DNA of 50,937 bases from IMG/VR virus record IMGVR_UViG_2541047814_000001; one strand, given 5' to 3'. Below, in pieces: positions 10,949 through 21,561 of this stretch. Position 1 is the first letter of the stretch; each line of letters opens with the position of its first letter. This DNA comes from a virus. Its lineage: Duplodnaviria; Heunggongvirae; Uroviricota; Caudoviricetes. Both the position numbers and the translations under genes were made by a program. Under the pieces are notes generated by a model. The model did not search any database. It was not told the DNA's origin and was given only the letters and a program-made list of their open reading frames with translations.

Positions 10949-11589
10949 TTTTCGGAATACCTCTCCCGTTTACTCAGTTGTTCAGGCAGATGGTGAAGCA
11001 GCTCACCGTTGCCGCAGTAAATGGCGGCATGGTTCGGTACCGAAGCACCAAAGCAGCACAGCAGAATATCGCCCGCCTGTGCAGAGGACAGGGGCACCCG
11101 GTAAAAGCCGGTGACCGCCATATTGTCCAGGTAAAGGTTCTGACCGTGGCGCCACCAGTCATCCTCGCGATGAAAATCCGGCATTTCAGTCCCCGCCAGA
11201 TGGTATGCATCCCGGAACAGGGTGTAACAGTCCGTCACCCCGTGCTCAAAGCGCCGTCCCGTCAGGTGCGGCACGCAGCGGAATTTGTGAATGTCACCCC
11301 GGCAGACCAGCCACCAGGGCAGTGCGCTTTTTATCTGCAGCCGCCGGTCAGCCTCGCTCAGCCAGGGCAGCCCACCGGGATGACTGTGGACCAGTGCCAC
11401 AATCTCCCCCTGCATCTCTGCCCGCAGCCAGTCTTCCGGTGCGATACGAAAATACGCCTCCGGCTCTGCAGAAATATTCACACAAGGGATATACCACTCC
11501 CCCTCCGGCGTGCTTATCACGAAGCCGCACGACTCCGCAGGCGCACACCGCCGGGCATGCGCCAGAATCGCTGATTCAGTCTGTGTCAT
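10846..11589 (-). CDS. K: Tail assembly protein K (JAMM/MPN + NlpC/P60 domains, 248 aa)
   Basis: Starts MTQTESAILAHARRCAPAESCGFV at an internal ATG of the listed ORF; JAMM motif HSHPGGLPWLSEAD; NlpC/P60-like Cys in TDCYTLF. Confidence 0.8.
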   Translation of the reverse strand: MTQTESAILAHARRCAPAESCGFVISTPEGEWYIPCVNISAEPEAYFRIAPEDWLRAEMQGEIVALVHSHPGGLPWLSEADRRLQIKSALPWWLVCRGDIHKFRCVPHLTGRRFEHGVTDCYTLFRDAYHLAGTEMPDFHREDDWWRHGQNLYLDNMAVTGFYRVPLSSAQAGDILLCCFGASVPNHAAIYCGNGELLHHLPEQLSKRERYSEKWQRRTHSVWRHRHWHASAFTGICNDLAAASACM

Positions 11590-11599
11590 AAACCGGGAT

Positions 11600-12298
11600 T
11601 TACTGCGAAAGTTTATTAATGGAAAGGAAACCGCCAAAATTGCCGACATTCCTGCGCAGTTCACACCCGCGCATGCACTTGCTGCATCTGTCCTTACGGA
11701 TATCCGTGGTGGGGTTGTCGAACTCATCCGCCACCGCAGGACCGTTATACCCGCATTCATCTCCCCGGTAATCCCACATACAGGTGTTCGCCAGCATGAT
11801 GCGACCGGGAAACAGCGCCCCGTCCGTCTCGGTCGGTGTAGCCAGCACAAACGAGGCCGTCATGGCTGTCAGCTGCGACATCTGCTCCACCACCCAGCGG
11901 TCACTCAGCTCCTGCTCCGGGTCCGCCTCCGGATTGCCCGCAACGAAATTCACCGCATCCAGAAAACGGGCATACACCCGGCGGCGGACCACCGTGGCCC
12001 CCACCAGACTCTGCAGGTCTTCCGCCATCCCGGTGACCAGACCGAACAGATTGGACACCGTCAGCGACGGTCTGGCACTGCTGCCCCGGCCGTTCATCTC
12101 AAAGCCGCTGCCGTCAATCGGGTATGCCTCATACTTACGCCCCTGCCAGGTGACCGGCTCCCCTTTTTCATTCAGCTCATTACAGAAAAAATACCGCTCA
12201 CCACCCTGTACCGTCAGGTCGATTTCCCAGAGTACCACCCGCGGTGACTGCTCTGACTTAACCGACTCGTTCAGACTTTCTTCTCGAATATCCTGCAT
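11600..12298 (-). CDS. L: Minor tail protein L (232 aa)
   Basis: Length equals lambda L; position between M and K; C-terminal Cys cluster. Confidence 0.9.
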   Translation of the reverse strand: MQDIREESLNESVKSEQSPRVVLWEIDLTVQGGERYFFCNELNEKGEPVTWQGRKYEAYPIDGSGFEMNGRGSSARPSLTVSNLFGLVTGMAEDLQSLVGATVVRRRVYARFLDAVNFVAGNPEADPEQELSDRWVVEQMSQLTAMTASFVLATPTETDGALFPGRIMLANTCMWDYRGDECGYNGPAVADEFDNPTTDIRKDRCSKCMRGCELRRNVGNFGGFLSINKLSQ

Positions 12299-12627
12299 CA
12301 GTTCACCACCTGCTTAAACTCCGCGCTGAACTCAACGCGCAACATCCCGACCCGCGCAGACCACCCGGCACAGGTCACCTTTATCTGCCGGTATGCATAG
12401 GGTGGCTTCCACAAAAATGCCTTCCAGCCACCGTGCTCTGCCAGGAACGCTTCCAGATGCCGGGCCTCCTCCCGGGTCACGGAAAGCGTCACCCTGTATG
12501 TTTTCAGGTCAGCATTCAGCCCTGCCGCCATACGCTGTGAGTACCCGTCACCAAAACGCACTTCACGCACCGATGGCTGCGAGTTCACCTCCATATCCGG
12601 CTTCACTTTCCAGCGAAAGGTTTTCAT
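12298..12627 (-). CDS. M: Minor tail protein M (109 aa)
   Basis: Length and position as lambda M; start overlaps H stop. Confidence 0.9.
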   Translation of the reverse strand: MKTFRWKVKPDMEVNSQPSVREVRFGDGYSQRMAAGLNADLKTYRVTLSVTREEARHLEAFLAEHGGWKAFLWKPPYAYRQIKVTCAGWSARVGMLRVEFSAEFKQVVN

Positions 12628-15197
12628 CCACCGCTCCCTGATAACATACCGCCATCACGCAACTGCAGCCGGAGTTCATCCTGTGCCCCCTTGCGGGCCA
12701 TCTCATACACCGCTTTCATCAGCTGCGGCCCTGCCCGCCCGTTGGGGCCGTCGTTCTGAATCACCACGTGATTGTTCTGATTAAAATTAATGCCTTCCGC
12801 CCGCCGCATCTGCGCCGGACTTCCGGCACCGCCGACATAACCACCTTCCGCATAGCCCCGCATCAGGCGGTACAGATTGCCGACACCAATCCGGCTGGTC
12901 GCCTCCTTCGTGAAGACAAACTCCCCGCGATGAACAATCCCCGCAGGTTCATATTTACCCCCCGTCCCCGTAAATCTCCCGGTCGCGAAATGGAAGTTCG
13001 CCGCCGCAGCCTGAATGGCTGTACCGCCTGACGCGGATGCGCCGCCACCAACAGCCCCGCCAATGGCGCTGCCGATACTCCCGACTATCCCCACCATCGC
13101 CTGCTTCAGAAAAATCTCTGTCAGCATGGACAGCACAGAACGGGTGAAACCACGCCAGTTCTGTTCGCTGCCGGTCAGCATCGCTGCCATATTCTGTGCA
13201 ATACCGTCAAAGGTCTGCGTGGCCGCGTTTTTAACCTGCGAAAAACTGTCCGTCGCACTTTCCGCCCACTCGCCCCAGCCGGACTTCATCCCGGCCATCC
13301 AGCTTCCACGAAGCTGCTCCTCCGCAGACCAGGTGTTCTTCAGTGCAGATGTGGCCTTCGCCAGCGCAGCCGGATTATCACCGTACACCTCACGAAGGCG
13401 CTGCTCTTCCGACTCCCGCTGCGCCTGACGGTCGGTGAGTCCGCGGGCTTTTGCGCTGATTGCCGCCTGCTTCGCGCTCTGCTGCTGTTCAAACCGCGCC
13501 GCCTGCTGTGCCAGCTCATTCAGCCGTTTCTGGTGTTCAATCTTGTCGCCCAGCTCAGCCAGCTGGCGTTTGTACTCCAGCGTCTCTTTCTCATGGGCCA
13601 GCAGGGATTTTTCCTGCTCAGATAACTGCCGTTTCGTGGCGGCCTCTTTCAGGACCACATACTGATTTTCCGCTTCCCATAAATCCCGGCGCTGCTGGCT
13701 GATTTTCTCATTCACACCGCTGTGTTTTTCCAGCGTCCTGAGCTCGGTTTCAAGCGCCAGCAGGGCTGCATGCGCCTGGTCTTCCTGGCGCTCACCGGCA
13801 GACACCTTCACACCGGACGGCTTTTTCTGCGTCGACTCATAATCCTTTTTTGCCGACGCCATCAGCGTGTTGTAATCCGCCTGCAGGATTTTCCCGTCTT
13901 TCAGGGCCTTATTCAGCTCTTCCTGCCGGGCGGTATATTTCTCCAGTGGCGTCAGCAGGCGCTCATACGCCTTCTGCGCCTCTCCGGTATACTTCAGCTG
14001 TGACGACTCACGCTCAGCCCTGTCCCTTGCCGCCAGTTCACCGGCTTTTTCCATATCCGACTGCAGCGTTGCCGCTGCCAGACCCAGACGGGCATTTTCC
14101 CGGTCATCCCATGCGCCCTGAAGGTTGGCACGAAAAGAGGCGGTTTTTCCCCGGCGCTGGCTCCGGCTCTGGTACCACTGCCATTTTTTATCCGCCTCAT
14201 CAAATGCCTTCTGCGCACTGGCGAGCATATCCGCTGAGGATTCCGGACGACCGATATCCAGAATGGCATCCCACATCGATTTGAATGCCTTCCCTGTTTT
14301 ATCCGCCCAGGTCTCCAGTGTTCCCATGTTTTCTTTCAGGCGACGGGTCTGCTCATCAAAGCCTTTCGTGGCGATATCGTTCGCCGCCTGCAATGCACCG
14401 GCCTCGTCTCCGGAACGCTGCAGCTGTGCAACATACGCAATCTGCTCTGCCGTCACGTTACGGAACTGGCGCGCCATCGCCATCAGTCCCGACGTCGGGT
14501 CAGTGGTCAGCTTCCCGAAGGCTTCAGCGACTTTATCCACCTCCACACCGGATGCAGACGCAAAACGCGCGACACTCTGGTTGATGGCATCAAACTGTTC
14601 ACCACCACGCACACCGGCATTCACCAGGGCTGCCAGTGACTCTCTCGCCTGGTTAAACGTCAGCCCTGCTGCCTGCCCGGCTCTTGAGAGAGTCAGCATA
14701 CGATCGGCAGTCAGTCCGGACTGATTACCGGAAAGAACCAGGGTTTTATTAAACGCTGAAAGCGTGGAATCTCCCTGGTACCAGGCGTACACCAGCGCAC
14801 CTGTCGCCACCGCCAGCGAGGTGACCCCGACCATCGGCAGGGTGATCGCACCGGCGAGCCCCCTGAACATGGGGATCATCCCGCCGAAGGAGTCCTTCAC
14901 CTGACCGCCCTGTTGCAGCAGGATCAGCCAGGGATTCTGACCACCGGCAAGCTGCGTGGCGATATCCGTAAACTGTGCGGGCAGGGTTCGCATGGCCGCT
15001 TTATACTGCCCGACGGAAATCCCGGCTTTTTGTGCAGCCAGCGCCTGGCGGCTCAGGCCCTGTTCAACAGCACTGGCGGTTTTTCTGGCGTCGGTATCCA
15101 GACCTGAAAAATGACGCCTTACCCGGCTCATCTGCTCATCGAAACGGACAGCATCCAGACTCAGGTCAATAACAAGATCACCAACCGGCTGGGACAT
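12624..15197 (-). CDS. H: Tail tape measure protein H (857 aa)
   Basis: Size, coiled-coil-rich composition, position downstream of G-T. Confidence 0.9.
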   Translation of the reverse strand: MSQPVGDLVIDLSLDAVRFDEQMSRVRRHFSGLDTDARKTASAVEQGLSRQALAAQKAGISVGQYKAAMRTLPAQFTDIATQLAGGQNPWLILLQQGGQVKDSFGGMIPMFRGLAGAITLPMVGVTSLAVATGALVYAWYQGDSTLSAFNKTLVLSGNQSGLTADRMLTLSRAGQAAGLTFNQARESLAALVNAGVRGGEQFDAINQSVARFASASGVEVDKVAEAFGKLTTDPTSGLMAMARQFRNVTAEQIAYVAQLQRSGDEAGALQAANDIATKGFDEQTRRLKENMGTLETWADKTGKAFKSMWDAILDIGRPESSADMLASAQKAFDEADKKWQWYQSRSQRRGKTASFRANLQGAWDDRENARLGLAAATLQSDMEKAGELAARDRAERESSQLKYTGEAQKAYERLLTPLEKYTARQEELNKALKDGKILQADYNTLMASAKKDYESTQKKPSGVKVSAGERQEDQAHAALLALETELRTLEKHSGVNEKISQQRRDLWEAENQYVVLKEAATKRQLSEQEKSLLAHEKETLEYKRQLAELGDKIEHQKRLNELAQQAARFEQQQSAKQAAISAKARGLTDRQAQRESEEQRLREVYGDNPAALAKATSALKNTWSAEEQLRGSWMAGMKSGWGEWAESATDSFSQVKNAATQTFDGIAQNMAAMLTGSEQNWRGFTRSVLSMLTEIFLKQAMVGIVGSIGSAIGGAVGGGASASGGTAIQAAAANFHFATGRFTGTGGKYEPAGIVHRGEFVFTKEATSRIGVGNLYRLMRGYAEGGYVGGAGSPAQMRRAEGINFNQNNHVVIQNDGPNGRAGPQLMKAVYEMARKGAQDELRLQLRDGGMLSGSGG

Positions 15198-16049
15198 ATC
15201 TCACACCTCCCGGAATCCCCGCTGAAGCCATCATTAATGCGGCATCATCCACCATGACATCCGCCACATCCGCAGACGATAAAATATCGCGCCCTCCGTC
15301 CCCACCGAACCGGACGCCTCCGGCAAGTCCTGCCGCTTTCTGCATCAGCATTTTGTCCTCATCCGGCCTCTCCACCTGCTCTTCCTCATGCCGGGGGACA
15401 AGCAGACTGAAATCAGAGGGATGCATATCCGGATCGCAAAAAAACAGGCTGAGTACAGCGTACGTCAGCCCGGAAAAATGCATATCCAGCTGGGTATCCT
15501 GAAAATAATGCGTGCGGTAAAAACGGTGCCAGTCGGCATATTCGGTGGATGTCATCCCGGCAAGCATGGCGCGCCAGTCGGGTCTCCCCATCTCACGCGC
15601 CAGTCTGAGGGCAAAGTTCAGCTCGCCGTCGAAGACTTTCCCGCAGAAAAATCATCATCAGTCAGCGTGTTATTTTTCGCCACTTCAGTAATATCAGTAT
15701 CCGGACGAACAGCTTCGATCATCCCGGACAGGCACAACACCACGTCTTCCGCCCGGGCAATGGCATCGGCAGGCCAGGTGGTGAGCACTTCCTGCTCTAT
15801 CTTCATCACGGCCTCATTCATTGACGGTGACTGCGTTTTCTGTGGATGGTTATGCCACAGGGACATCGCCACCAGAAACGCGCCGGTTCTGACGAGATCT
15901 TCCACGCTTACCTGCAGGTTGCCGCAGGATTCTGCCTGTTCTGCACGCCGTTTCAGGAGGGCAAGATGCTCGATACGCTGCAGCGCAGACAATTCGGAAA
16001 GCGTGACAGACACACCGTTATATTCAAATTGTTCTGTTTTCAGAAACAT
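15178..16049 (-). CDS. T: Tail assembly chaperone G-T fusion made by programmed -1 frameshift
   Basis: Slippery heptamer GGGAAAG on the minus strand (plus coords 15626-15632) near the end of G; T-frame ORF 15178-15591 continues in the -1 frame, as in lambda. Confidence 0.7.
15618..16049 (-). CDS. G: Tail assembly chaperone G (143 aa)
   Basis: Position between V and T; contains the slippery site near its 3' end. Confidence 0.85.
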   Translation of the reverse strand: MFLKTEQFEYNGVSVTLSELSALQRIEHLALLKRRAEQAESCGNLQVSVEDLVRTGAFLVAMSLWHNHPQKTQSPSMNEAVMKIEQEVLTTWPADAIARAEDVVLCLSGMIEAVRPDTDITEVAKNNTLTDDDFSAGKSSTAS

Positions 16050-16062
16050 GTATTACCTCCGT

Positions 16063-16815
16063 TTACCCTGCAGCGCCCGCTTCAGTAACGGTGACTTCAG
16101 CCACTGCGGCGAACTGACCATTTCCGCTCACCACAGGGATCTGCACCTTACCTGTCGCCACGCCGTTTACCGTAATTGTCATATCTTTCACACTAATGGT
16201 GGCTTTCGACGGATCGGCGGAAACCGCTCTGAACGTCTTGTCGGTTGCACTTTCCGGCTCAAAAGAAACCGTCAGGGTGGTTGTTTTCCCTTTTGCCACC
16301 GTACCGGATGTCGGCGTCACCTTAATCGCACTGACCGGCGTAATTTTGCTGCGTTCTTCCGCTACAGAAGGTTTACCCACGTTAGTGACTTTCACCGTGC
16401 GGGTGATCACTTCTTTCGCCGTCACGGCCTTACCGATACTGCTGACCCAGCCACGAAACACATCCACCGTGCCATTCGGAAAACGGATTTTATAGGCCCG
16501 GACATCGCCGCTTTCAAACCAGCCTATAAGCCCTTTCTGGCCTTCCTCTCCCGGTTTCCAGGCCAGCGTAAAACTGGTATCACCTGCAGATTTCTGCCCC
16601 TGCCCGGTCGCGGTCCAGTCCGCGTCTTCATCATCCAGGTAGTTATCATCGTAGGATTCTGCCGTCATCTCGCCCGGCGTCAGATCCTTCACCTTAGCCA
16701 GTCGCTGCCAGTCATCGTCTGACAACGGGTTTGCATAAGCATCACCCTTGCCGTTGTAAACCCACAGAGTGGTACCGGCACCTTTTACCGGCTCAAGGGG
16801 ATTTGGTGTTGCCAT
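16063..16815 (-). CDS. V: Major tail protein V (250 aa)
   Basis: [20 protein letters not shown]... N-terminus and C-terminal Ig-like region as in lambda V. Confidence 0.9.
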   Translation of the reverse strand: MATPNPLEPVKGAGTTLWVYNGKGDAYANPLSDDDWQRLAKVKDLTPGEMTAESYDDNYLDDEDADWTATGQGQKSAGDTSFTLAWKPGEEGQKGLIGWFESGDVRAYKIRFPNGTVDVFRGWVSSIGKAVTAKEVITRTVKVTNVGKPSVAEERSKITPVSAIKVTPTSGTVAKGKTTTLTVSFEPESATDKTFRAVSADPSKATISVKDMTITVNGVATGKVQIPVVSGNGQFAAVAEVTVTEAGAAG

Positions 16816-16822
16816 ATCGTCC

Positions 16823-17218
16823 TCACATCTCGTATGTAATGGAATAAGTCAGATCTGCAGAACTCCATAACGCCATATCGTCATCACGACGATACTCATA
16901 GCCCTGCGTAACCATCGTGGTAATCAGTCCTGCCAGTGCCGGGATCGCGGTCATCGCCGGGTAAATCCGGCTTTCCATCCACTGATCAAGCTCTGAATCC
17001 GGTACCTGTGCCGGTAAAAACACCTCAATATGCAGCGTGGCCCGCCAGGTATCTGCATCCAGCTCTTCACCGGTATACTCTGCATCCGTCAGATAAACCG
17101 CGATCGCAGGAAAATCCTCTTCGTCAAAAACAACGGGGCGACCATCAAACAGCGTCGCCCCGTGTTCATGCTGCTCGAGTGCATCCAGCACTGCGGCACG
17201 AATGTCAGTGTGTTTCAT
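16823..17218 (-). CDS. U: Tail terminator protein U (131 aa)
   Basis: Same length as lambda U; gene order. Confidence 0.85.
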   Translation of the reverse strand: MKHTDIRAAVLDALEQHEHGATLFDGRPVVFDEEDFPAIAVYLTDAEYTGEELDADTWRATLHIEVFLPAQVPDSELDQWMESRIYPAMTAIPALAGLITTMVTQGYEYRRDDDMALWSSADLTYSITYEM

Positions 17219-17790
17219 CGTTTTATCGCAATCCTCAGTTGTTGTTTCAGCGCGTATGCCAGTTCTTTAGGCAGGCGTTCACGCCGGATACGGTCAACAT
17301 TCTCATCAAATGCCTGTTTCAGTGGGGCCGCCATCGGGATTTTCACCACCTGAATGGGAAGGCGATTACGCTTTTTCCTTCCCTTGTCGTCATTGCCCTC
17401 CTCATATCTGGCCTGGGGAAGACGTTGCATAACATGCCAGCGCCCATTATTTAATCGCTGGATAAATGCCCGCTGATAACGATGCTGACCGGCTTTGAGT
17501 ATGCTGTCCGGACGACGCCCCAGCATTCTGATCCCCAGCTTAATCACAGGGAGATCACCGCGGTTAACGATAATTCTGGCATTCGGATTTCTGACCGTCG
17601 CCCGTTTCAGTCTGGACCGTTCCTTTACCAGTTTCCGTCTCACCCTGGTTTCCCGGGCAACCTGTGACGAAGACTGATTAATCGCCGTTATGGCCACGCG
17701 GTTAATGGTCATTGCAGAAGCAGCCGGAATGGCGTTTTTACGAACCCGGCTCAGATTGTCAATCGCCTGATCAAGCCCTTTTATCGCCAT
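17215..17790 (-). CDS. Z: Tail completion protein Z (191 aa)
   Basis: Length and order as lambda Z. Confidence 0.85.
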   Translation of the reverse strand: MAIKGLDQAIDNLSRVRKNAIPAASAMTINRVAITAINQSSSQVARETRVRRKLVKERSRLKRATVRNPNARIIVNRGDLPVIKLGIRMLGRRPDSILKAGQHRYQRAFIQRLNNGRWHVMQRLPQARYEEGNDDKGRKKRNRLPIQVVKIPMAAPLKQAFDENVDRIRRERLPKELAYALKQQLRIAIKR

Positions 17791-17804
17791 AATTCACCCT
17801 GCGT

Positions 17805-18158
17805 TTATCGTCGCCGGTTAACTGCGGGTGGTTGCCCACGGTTGAGCCAGAGATAACAGCTGCCCCCGTCATCCGGAGAAACACGATCCACCCAGAATGT
17901 CTCACCATTAATGGTCAGCGTGTCACCACGCCGCACGGCACGCACCGTATCCGTCCGCACAAATAATGACGGGCAGCTTCCTTCAATACGGACCCCGCCA
18001 CCGGCAACCCCCAGCGACTCCGGATCGTCAAAAACCCCCTGAACTTCGCTGCCACACTGTGCCCCCGAGGTGAACTGCGCACAGAGTCCCATCACTTCAA
18101 CGATCGTACTGTCTACCCCGGCGAGGGCAGCATCAAAGGCATTCTGAAAATCACGCAT
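17805..18158 (-). CDS. FII: Head-tail connector protein FII (117 aa)
   Basis: Length and order as lambda FII. Confidence 0.85.
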   Translation of the reverse strand: MRDFQNAFDAALAGVDSTIVEVMGLCAQFTSGAQCGSEVQGVFDDPESLGVAGGGVRIEGSCPSLFVRTDTVRAVRRGDTLTINGETFWVDRVSPDDGGSCYLWLNRGQPPAVNRRR

Positions 18159-18532
18159 ATTCAGCCGTTCCGTGCTGTATCATGGCCGTTGCCAGTGATG
18201 ATGGCACCAGAACACGCATACCCCGTAACGCCAGCTCAACGGGACGACCTGTCTCCGGGCAATACCCCATTACTTGCAGGCACTTCCGTACCCGGACGGC
18301 TTTAACATCATCCGGAGCATCCGTGTTGTTCAACTGCTCACCATCGTCTGTGTGATTTTGATCAGCCCCGCTCTCATCAGAGTGCATAATGCCCTCCGGG
18401 GAAACAGCAAGCTCCTCTTCCCACTCAGACACACGTTGCGCAATATCCGCAGCACTCCCCGACATATCCGCCTCGCGCCCCAGCAGGCCAGCCAGTTGAC
18501 GAAGACGATTCAGATTTTCTTCTTTTGTTGCC
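18151..18532 (-). CDS. FI: DNA packaging protein FI-like (127 aa from the internal ATG)
   Basis: AGGAGG 6 nt upstream of ATG at 18530-18532 (MATKEENLNRL...); acidic protein between E and FII. Confidence 0.65.
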
Positions 18533-18585
18533 ATCTCAGCCTCCTGTGAAAAAAGACACGGGGGCATTTCGCCCCCGCTCACGGA

Positions 18586-19614
18586 TTATTTCACCTGCAC
18601 CACCACAAACTCATCCGGATCCGGCAGCACCATCAGCGGTGCGGACTGCGTCATGGTGAATTCACGGGCCGGATCGCCCACAGTCAGCCAGTGTTTCGGA
18701 TAACGGGAAGAGGCCACCACACCTTCGGACAACGCCTGCGCATCCTGAATGGCACCATAGCAACGAATGCCCTCTGCTGCCGTATTCCCCAGGACCAGTG
18801 TGCCCACCGGCAGATAACGTTTTTCGGTACCGTCGTCTGCCACATAAGACGTTTTCGCCACCACAATGGCCAGATCACCGTAATACCCTTTGAAAGACAC
18901 CACCGCTCCCAGGTCTTTCACTGCCGTTTCGAGTTGTGAATTTGAGCCGCGACGGGTATCCAGTTTTTCGCGGAACAGCTTAAAGCCATTCAGCAGACGC
19001 CAGACCGTACCGTCCATAATGGCAATATTTACAAGACCGCTGGCCTGATCGCAGTAAAGGTCAATATCATGCGTCGGATCAAACGTATCACGGTCCTGCT
19101 CAGACCATTTTTTACCGTCGGCCTGCTCAATGTTATTTCCTTCAGAGCGTCCGAAATCCACCTCGACCGTGTCAAACTGTTCCCCTTCCATGGTGTATTT
19201 GCCATACAGCACGGCATTCACCGCCTGCATTTCTTCCACCTGGACAATGGCGTGCTCTTCCTGTTTGAGGTTATCGGTAATGATACGCAGACGACGGTAG
19301 GCCGGGTCGTTCAGCTGAGCCGGATCTTCACCAGGAAGGCGCTCAACCGCCTGCTGGTAATTAAATTCGTGTTTGGGCTTGACGTAGCCCGGACGTAACA
19401 CGCGGGTTTCACCACCGCGATGGCGAAGCACTTTTCCTTCAACGATCGGGGAGACATAGGCCGCCACCGGCGTTTTTCCGGTAATTTTGTCCAGCATCAC
19501 CTCTTCGGTGTGGAAATTCACCGTACGGCGGAAAAACAGCTCCAGAAACAGCGCACGGAATTTAACTTTTTGTTCGGTATAACCGAGTAACTGGCGGGTC
19601 GTAAACAATCCCAT
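18586..19614 (-). CDS. E: Major capsid protein E (342 aa)
   Basis: Motifs shared with lambda E, e.g. KYTMEGEQFDTVEVDFGRSE, KLDTRRGSNS and the C-terminal GDPAREFTMTQSAPLMVLPDPDEFV. Confidence 0.95.
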   Translation of the reverse strand: MGLFTTRQLLGYTEQKVKFRALFLELFFRRTVNFHTEEVMLDKITGKTPVAAYVSPIVEGKVLRHRGGETRVLRPGYVKPKHEFNYQQAVERLPGEDPAQLNDPAYRRLRIITDNLKQEEHAIVQVEEMQAVNAVLYGKYTMEGEQFDTVEVDFGRSEGNNIEQADGKKWSEQDRDTFDPTHDIDLYCDQASGLVNIAIMDGTVWRLLNGFKLFREKLDTRRGSNSQLETAVKDLGAVVSFKGYYGDLAIVVAKTSYVADDGTEKRYLPVGTLVLGNTAAEGIRCYGAIQDAQALSEGVVASSRYPKHWLTVGDPAREFTMTQSAPLMVLPDPDEFVVVQVK

Positions 19615-19671
19615 AAATCAGTTCCTTTCATTAAGAAATCAGTCAGGCCAACGCGGTGGCCTGATAACGTG

Positions 19672-20019
19672 TTACGGCAGCGCCGCGTGACTCAGGGCAC
19701 TGCCGGTAAAGGCGTTGGCCTTTTTGTGTTCATCCACACTTTCAGGCCAGCGGATTGCCTCCGTCGCAAAGGTCCCCGACTTGTAATAGGTCAGCACCGC
19801 CTCTGTGCCTTCAAGCGGCAGTACCAGTATGCCAACCGCACTACCGGCTTTCTGTCCGTCCCAGACCACCAGTTTCCCGGTGGCCCCATCCAGCATCAGG
19901 GGTGTCAGTGCCGGTGTTGCCGAGGAAATCCCGCTGCTGCCTGTGGCGGTGTGAGCCGGATCATTACCGGCAAAAATACGTACTTCCGCACGCTGTTCAG
20001 TGATGGTTTTCGTCACCAT
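19672..20019 (-). CDS. D: Head decoration protein D (115 aa)
   Basis: Size and order; lambda D-like sequence. Confidence 0.9.
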   Translation of the reverse strand: MVTKTITEQRAEVRIFAGNDPAHTATGSSGISSATPALTPLMLDGATGKLVVWDGQKAGSAVGILVLPLEGTEAVLTYYKSGTFATEAIRWPESVDEHKKANAFTGSALSHAALP

Positions 20020-20055
20020 ATTGTTAAAACCTCGTATTGATGTTCAGCACTGACT

Positions 20056-21561
20056 TCATGGCATGGCCATGAGCATTTTCACGTCCGCATCACCGTCTTC
20101 TGACGCCTGTGACACGCCCCCCTGGACCGCAGCCGGTGAATGGTTCGCCATGAAATGTTCAAACAGGGCGGTTGTGGATGCAGAGACCGGTTCTGCCTTA
20201 CCTGATCCCGCAGCCAGCACAGCCCGGGCGCTCTCCACGGTCATTCCCGGGCAGGCAGCCAGCTGTTCAGCCTGCGCCTCAGCCCCTTTTGCCTCATCCA
20301 GGGCCATGATCTGATCACGGAGTGATGGTCCGGCATTCGCCTGCGGTGAAGCAGCCAGGATCGGGCGGGCTTTTTCCACCGTCATCTCCGGCATCGCCGC
20401 CAGCGTTACTGCCAGTTGTTCACGACCGTTCGCTTCTTCACACGCCATAATGCGATCGGCTTCACTCTGCGCGGATGCCACCGGCTGCTGCGGTGCCGCC
20501 GCGGCCAGAATCGCCCGGGCCTGTTCAACGCTCATGCCCTGTTGCCCTGCCAGCATCGTGGCAAGCTGTTCACGTCCTTTCGCTTCCTGGCATGTCAGGA
20601 TCCCCATCACTCGCTGGTTCTCCTGCACGGCGGCTTCCGTTGCAGTTAATTGCGGCATAGTGCCTCCTCTGACATTACTGTTCAGCGCCGTGGCCATCAC
20701 ACTGATGGCATCCGACGCATTGATTAATTCATCCGCCAGCCCGGCCTCAATGCCGGACTGACCTTCAAAAACGGCGGCCTCTGTTCCCGTGACCGCATCC
20801 ACAGACAACCCGGTATACATCGCCACTTTTTCGGCAAACATCCGGTGCGCCGCATCAATCCGCTGCTGCATATCCTGGCGAACCTCTGCCGGCAACGCTT
20901 CAAACTGATTGCCATCCACCTTGTGCGCCCCGGCATAAATCAGCGTGATATCCACACCGGCCTGCGCCAGATGACCGGCATAGCTGACATGGCTCATCAT
21001 CACGCCAATGGAGCCGATACGGGATGTCTGGGTAACCAGCCGTCGGGAGCAGGCCGACGCCAGCAGCATGGCTGCAGAACAGGCCGTGTCATTGCACAGT
21101 GCCCAGACCGGCTTCTGCTGACGGAGGCGGTAAATCATGTCAGCGCAGTCAAACGCGCCGGCGGCCTGCCCGCCCGGACTGTCAATGTCCAGCAGTATGC
21201 CCCGCACCTGGCTATCTGCCATTGCCTGCTGAAGACAGGCGACAATGCCGTCATAGCCAGTCATTCCGGAAAATGGCCGCATCCCCCCCAGCCGGTGCAC
21301 CAGCGTGCCGCTCACCGGCAGTACCGCAATACCGTTCACCACCCGGTAAACACGGGCCGGTCGTTTACCTCCGGCCATGTACTCGTCCGTTTCAGCCAGC
21401 ATTCCGGGAGCATCAAGCTGTACCTGCTGTTGTGGTACCGAAAGACTTGCTGCCCCCATCTCGCGCCCGAGCGCGCAAAAGAAAACCCGCGCATAGGCGG
21501 GCTCCAGAAGCAGCGGTTCATTGAATGCTGCGGCAATAATGTGTGAAAGATTACGTCTCAC
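20056..21561 (-). CDS. C: Head maturation protease / scaffold C (S49 peptidase family, 501 aa) with nested Nu3 scaffold region
   Basis: Position after portal B; C-terminal region has three diverged tandem ~34-aa repeats (…EA[KN]GREQLA…V[EQ][KQS]AR[AP]ILAA…). Confidence 0.85.
   Translation of the reverse strand: MRRNLSHIIAAAFNEPLLLEPAYARVFFCALGREMGAASLSVPQQQVQLDAPGMLAETDEYMAGGKRPARVYRVVNGIAVLPVSGTLVHRLGGMRPFSGMTGYDGIVACLQQAMADSQVRGILLDIDSPGGQAAGAFDCADMIYRLRQQKPVWALCNDTACSAAMLLASACSRRLVTQTSRIGSIGVMMSHVSYAGHLAQAGVDITLIYAGAHKVDGNQFEALPAEVRQDMQQRIDAAHRMFAEKVAMYTGLSVDAVTGTEAAVFEGQSGIEAGLADELINASDAISVMATALNSNVRGGTMPQLTATEAAVQENQRVMGILTCQEAKGREQLATMLAGQQGMSVEQARAILAAAAPQQPVASAQSEADRIMACEEANGREQLAVTLAAMPEMTVEKARPILAASPQANAGPSLRDQIMALDEAKGAEAQAEQLAACPGMTVESARAVLAAGSGKAEPVSASTTALFEHFMANHSPAAVQGGVSQASEDGDADVKMLMAMP

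Noticed and set aside
13015-14724. Several plus-strand ORFs (up to 199 aa) antisense to tape measure gene H, and similar ORFs antisense to C, B and A (e.g. 20845-21546, 22157-22663, 24107-24808)
   Set aside because: All nested in lambda-homologous structural genes on the other strand; no RBS or family signal; compositional artefacts.
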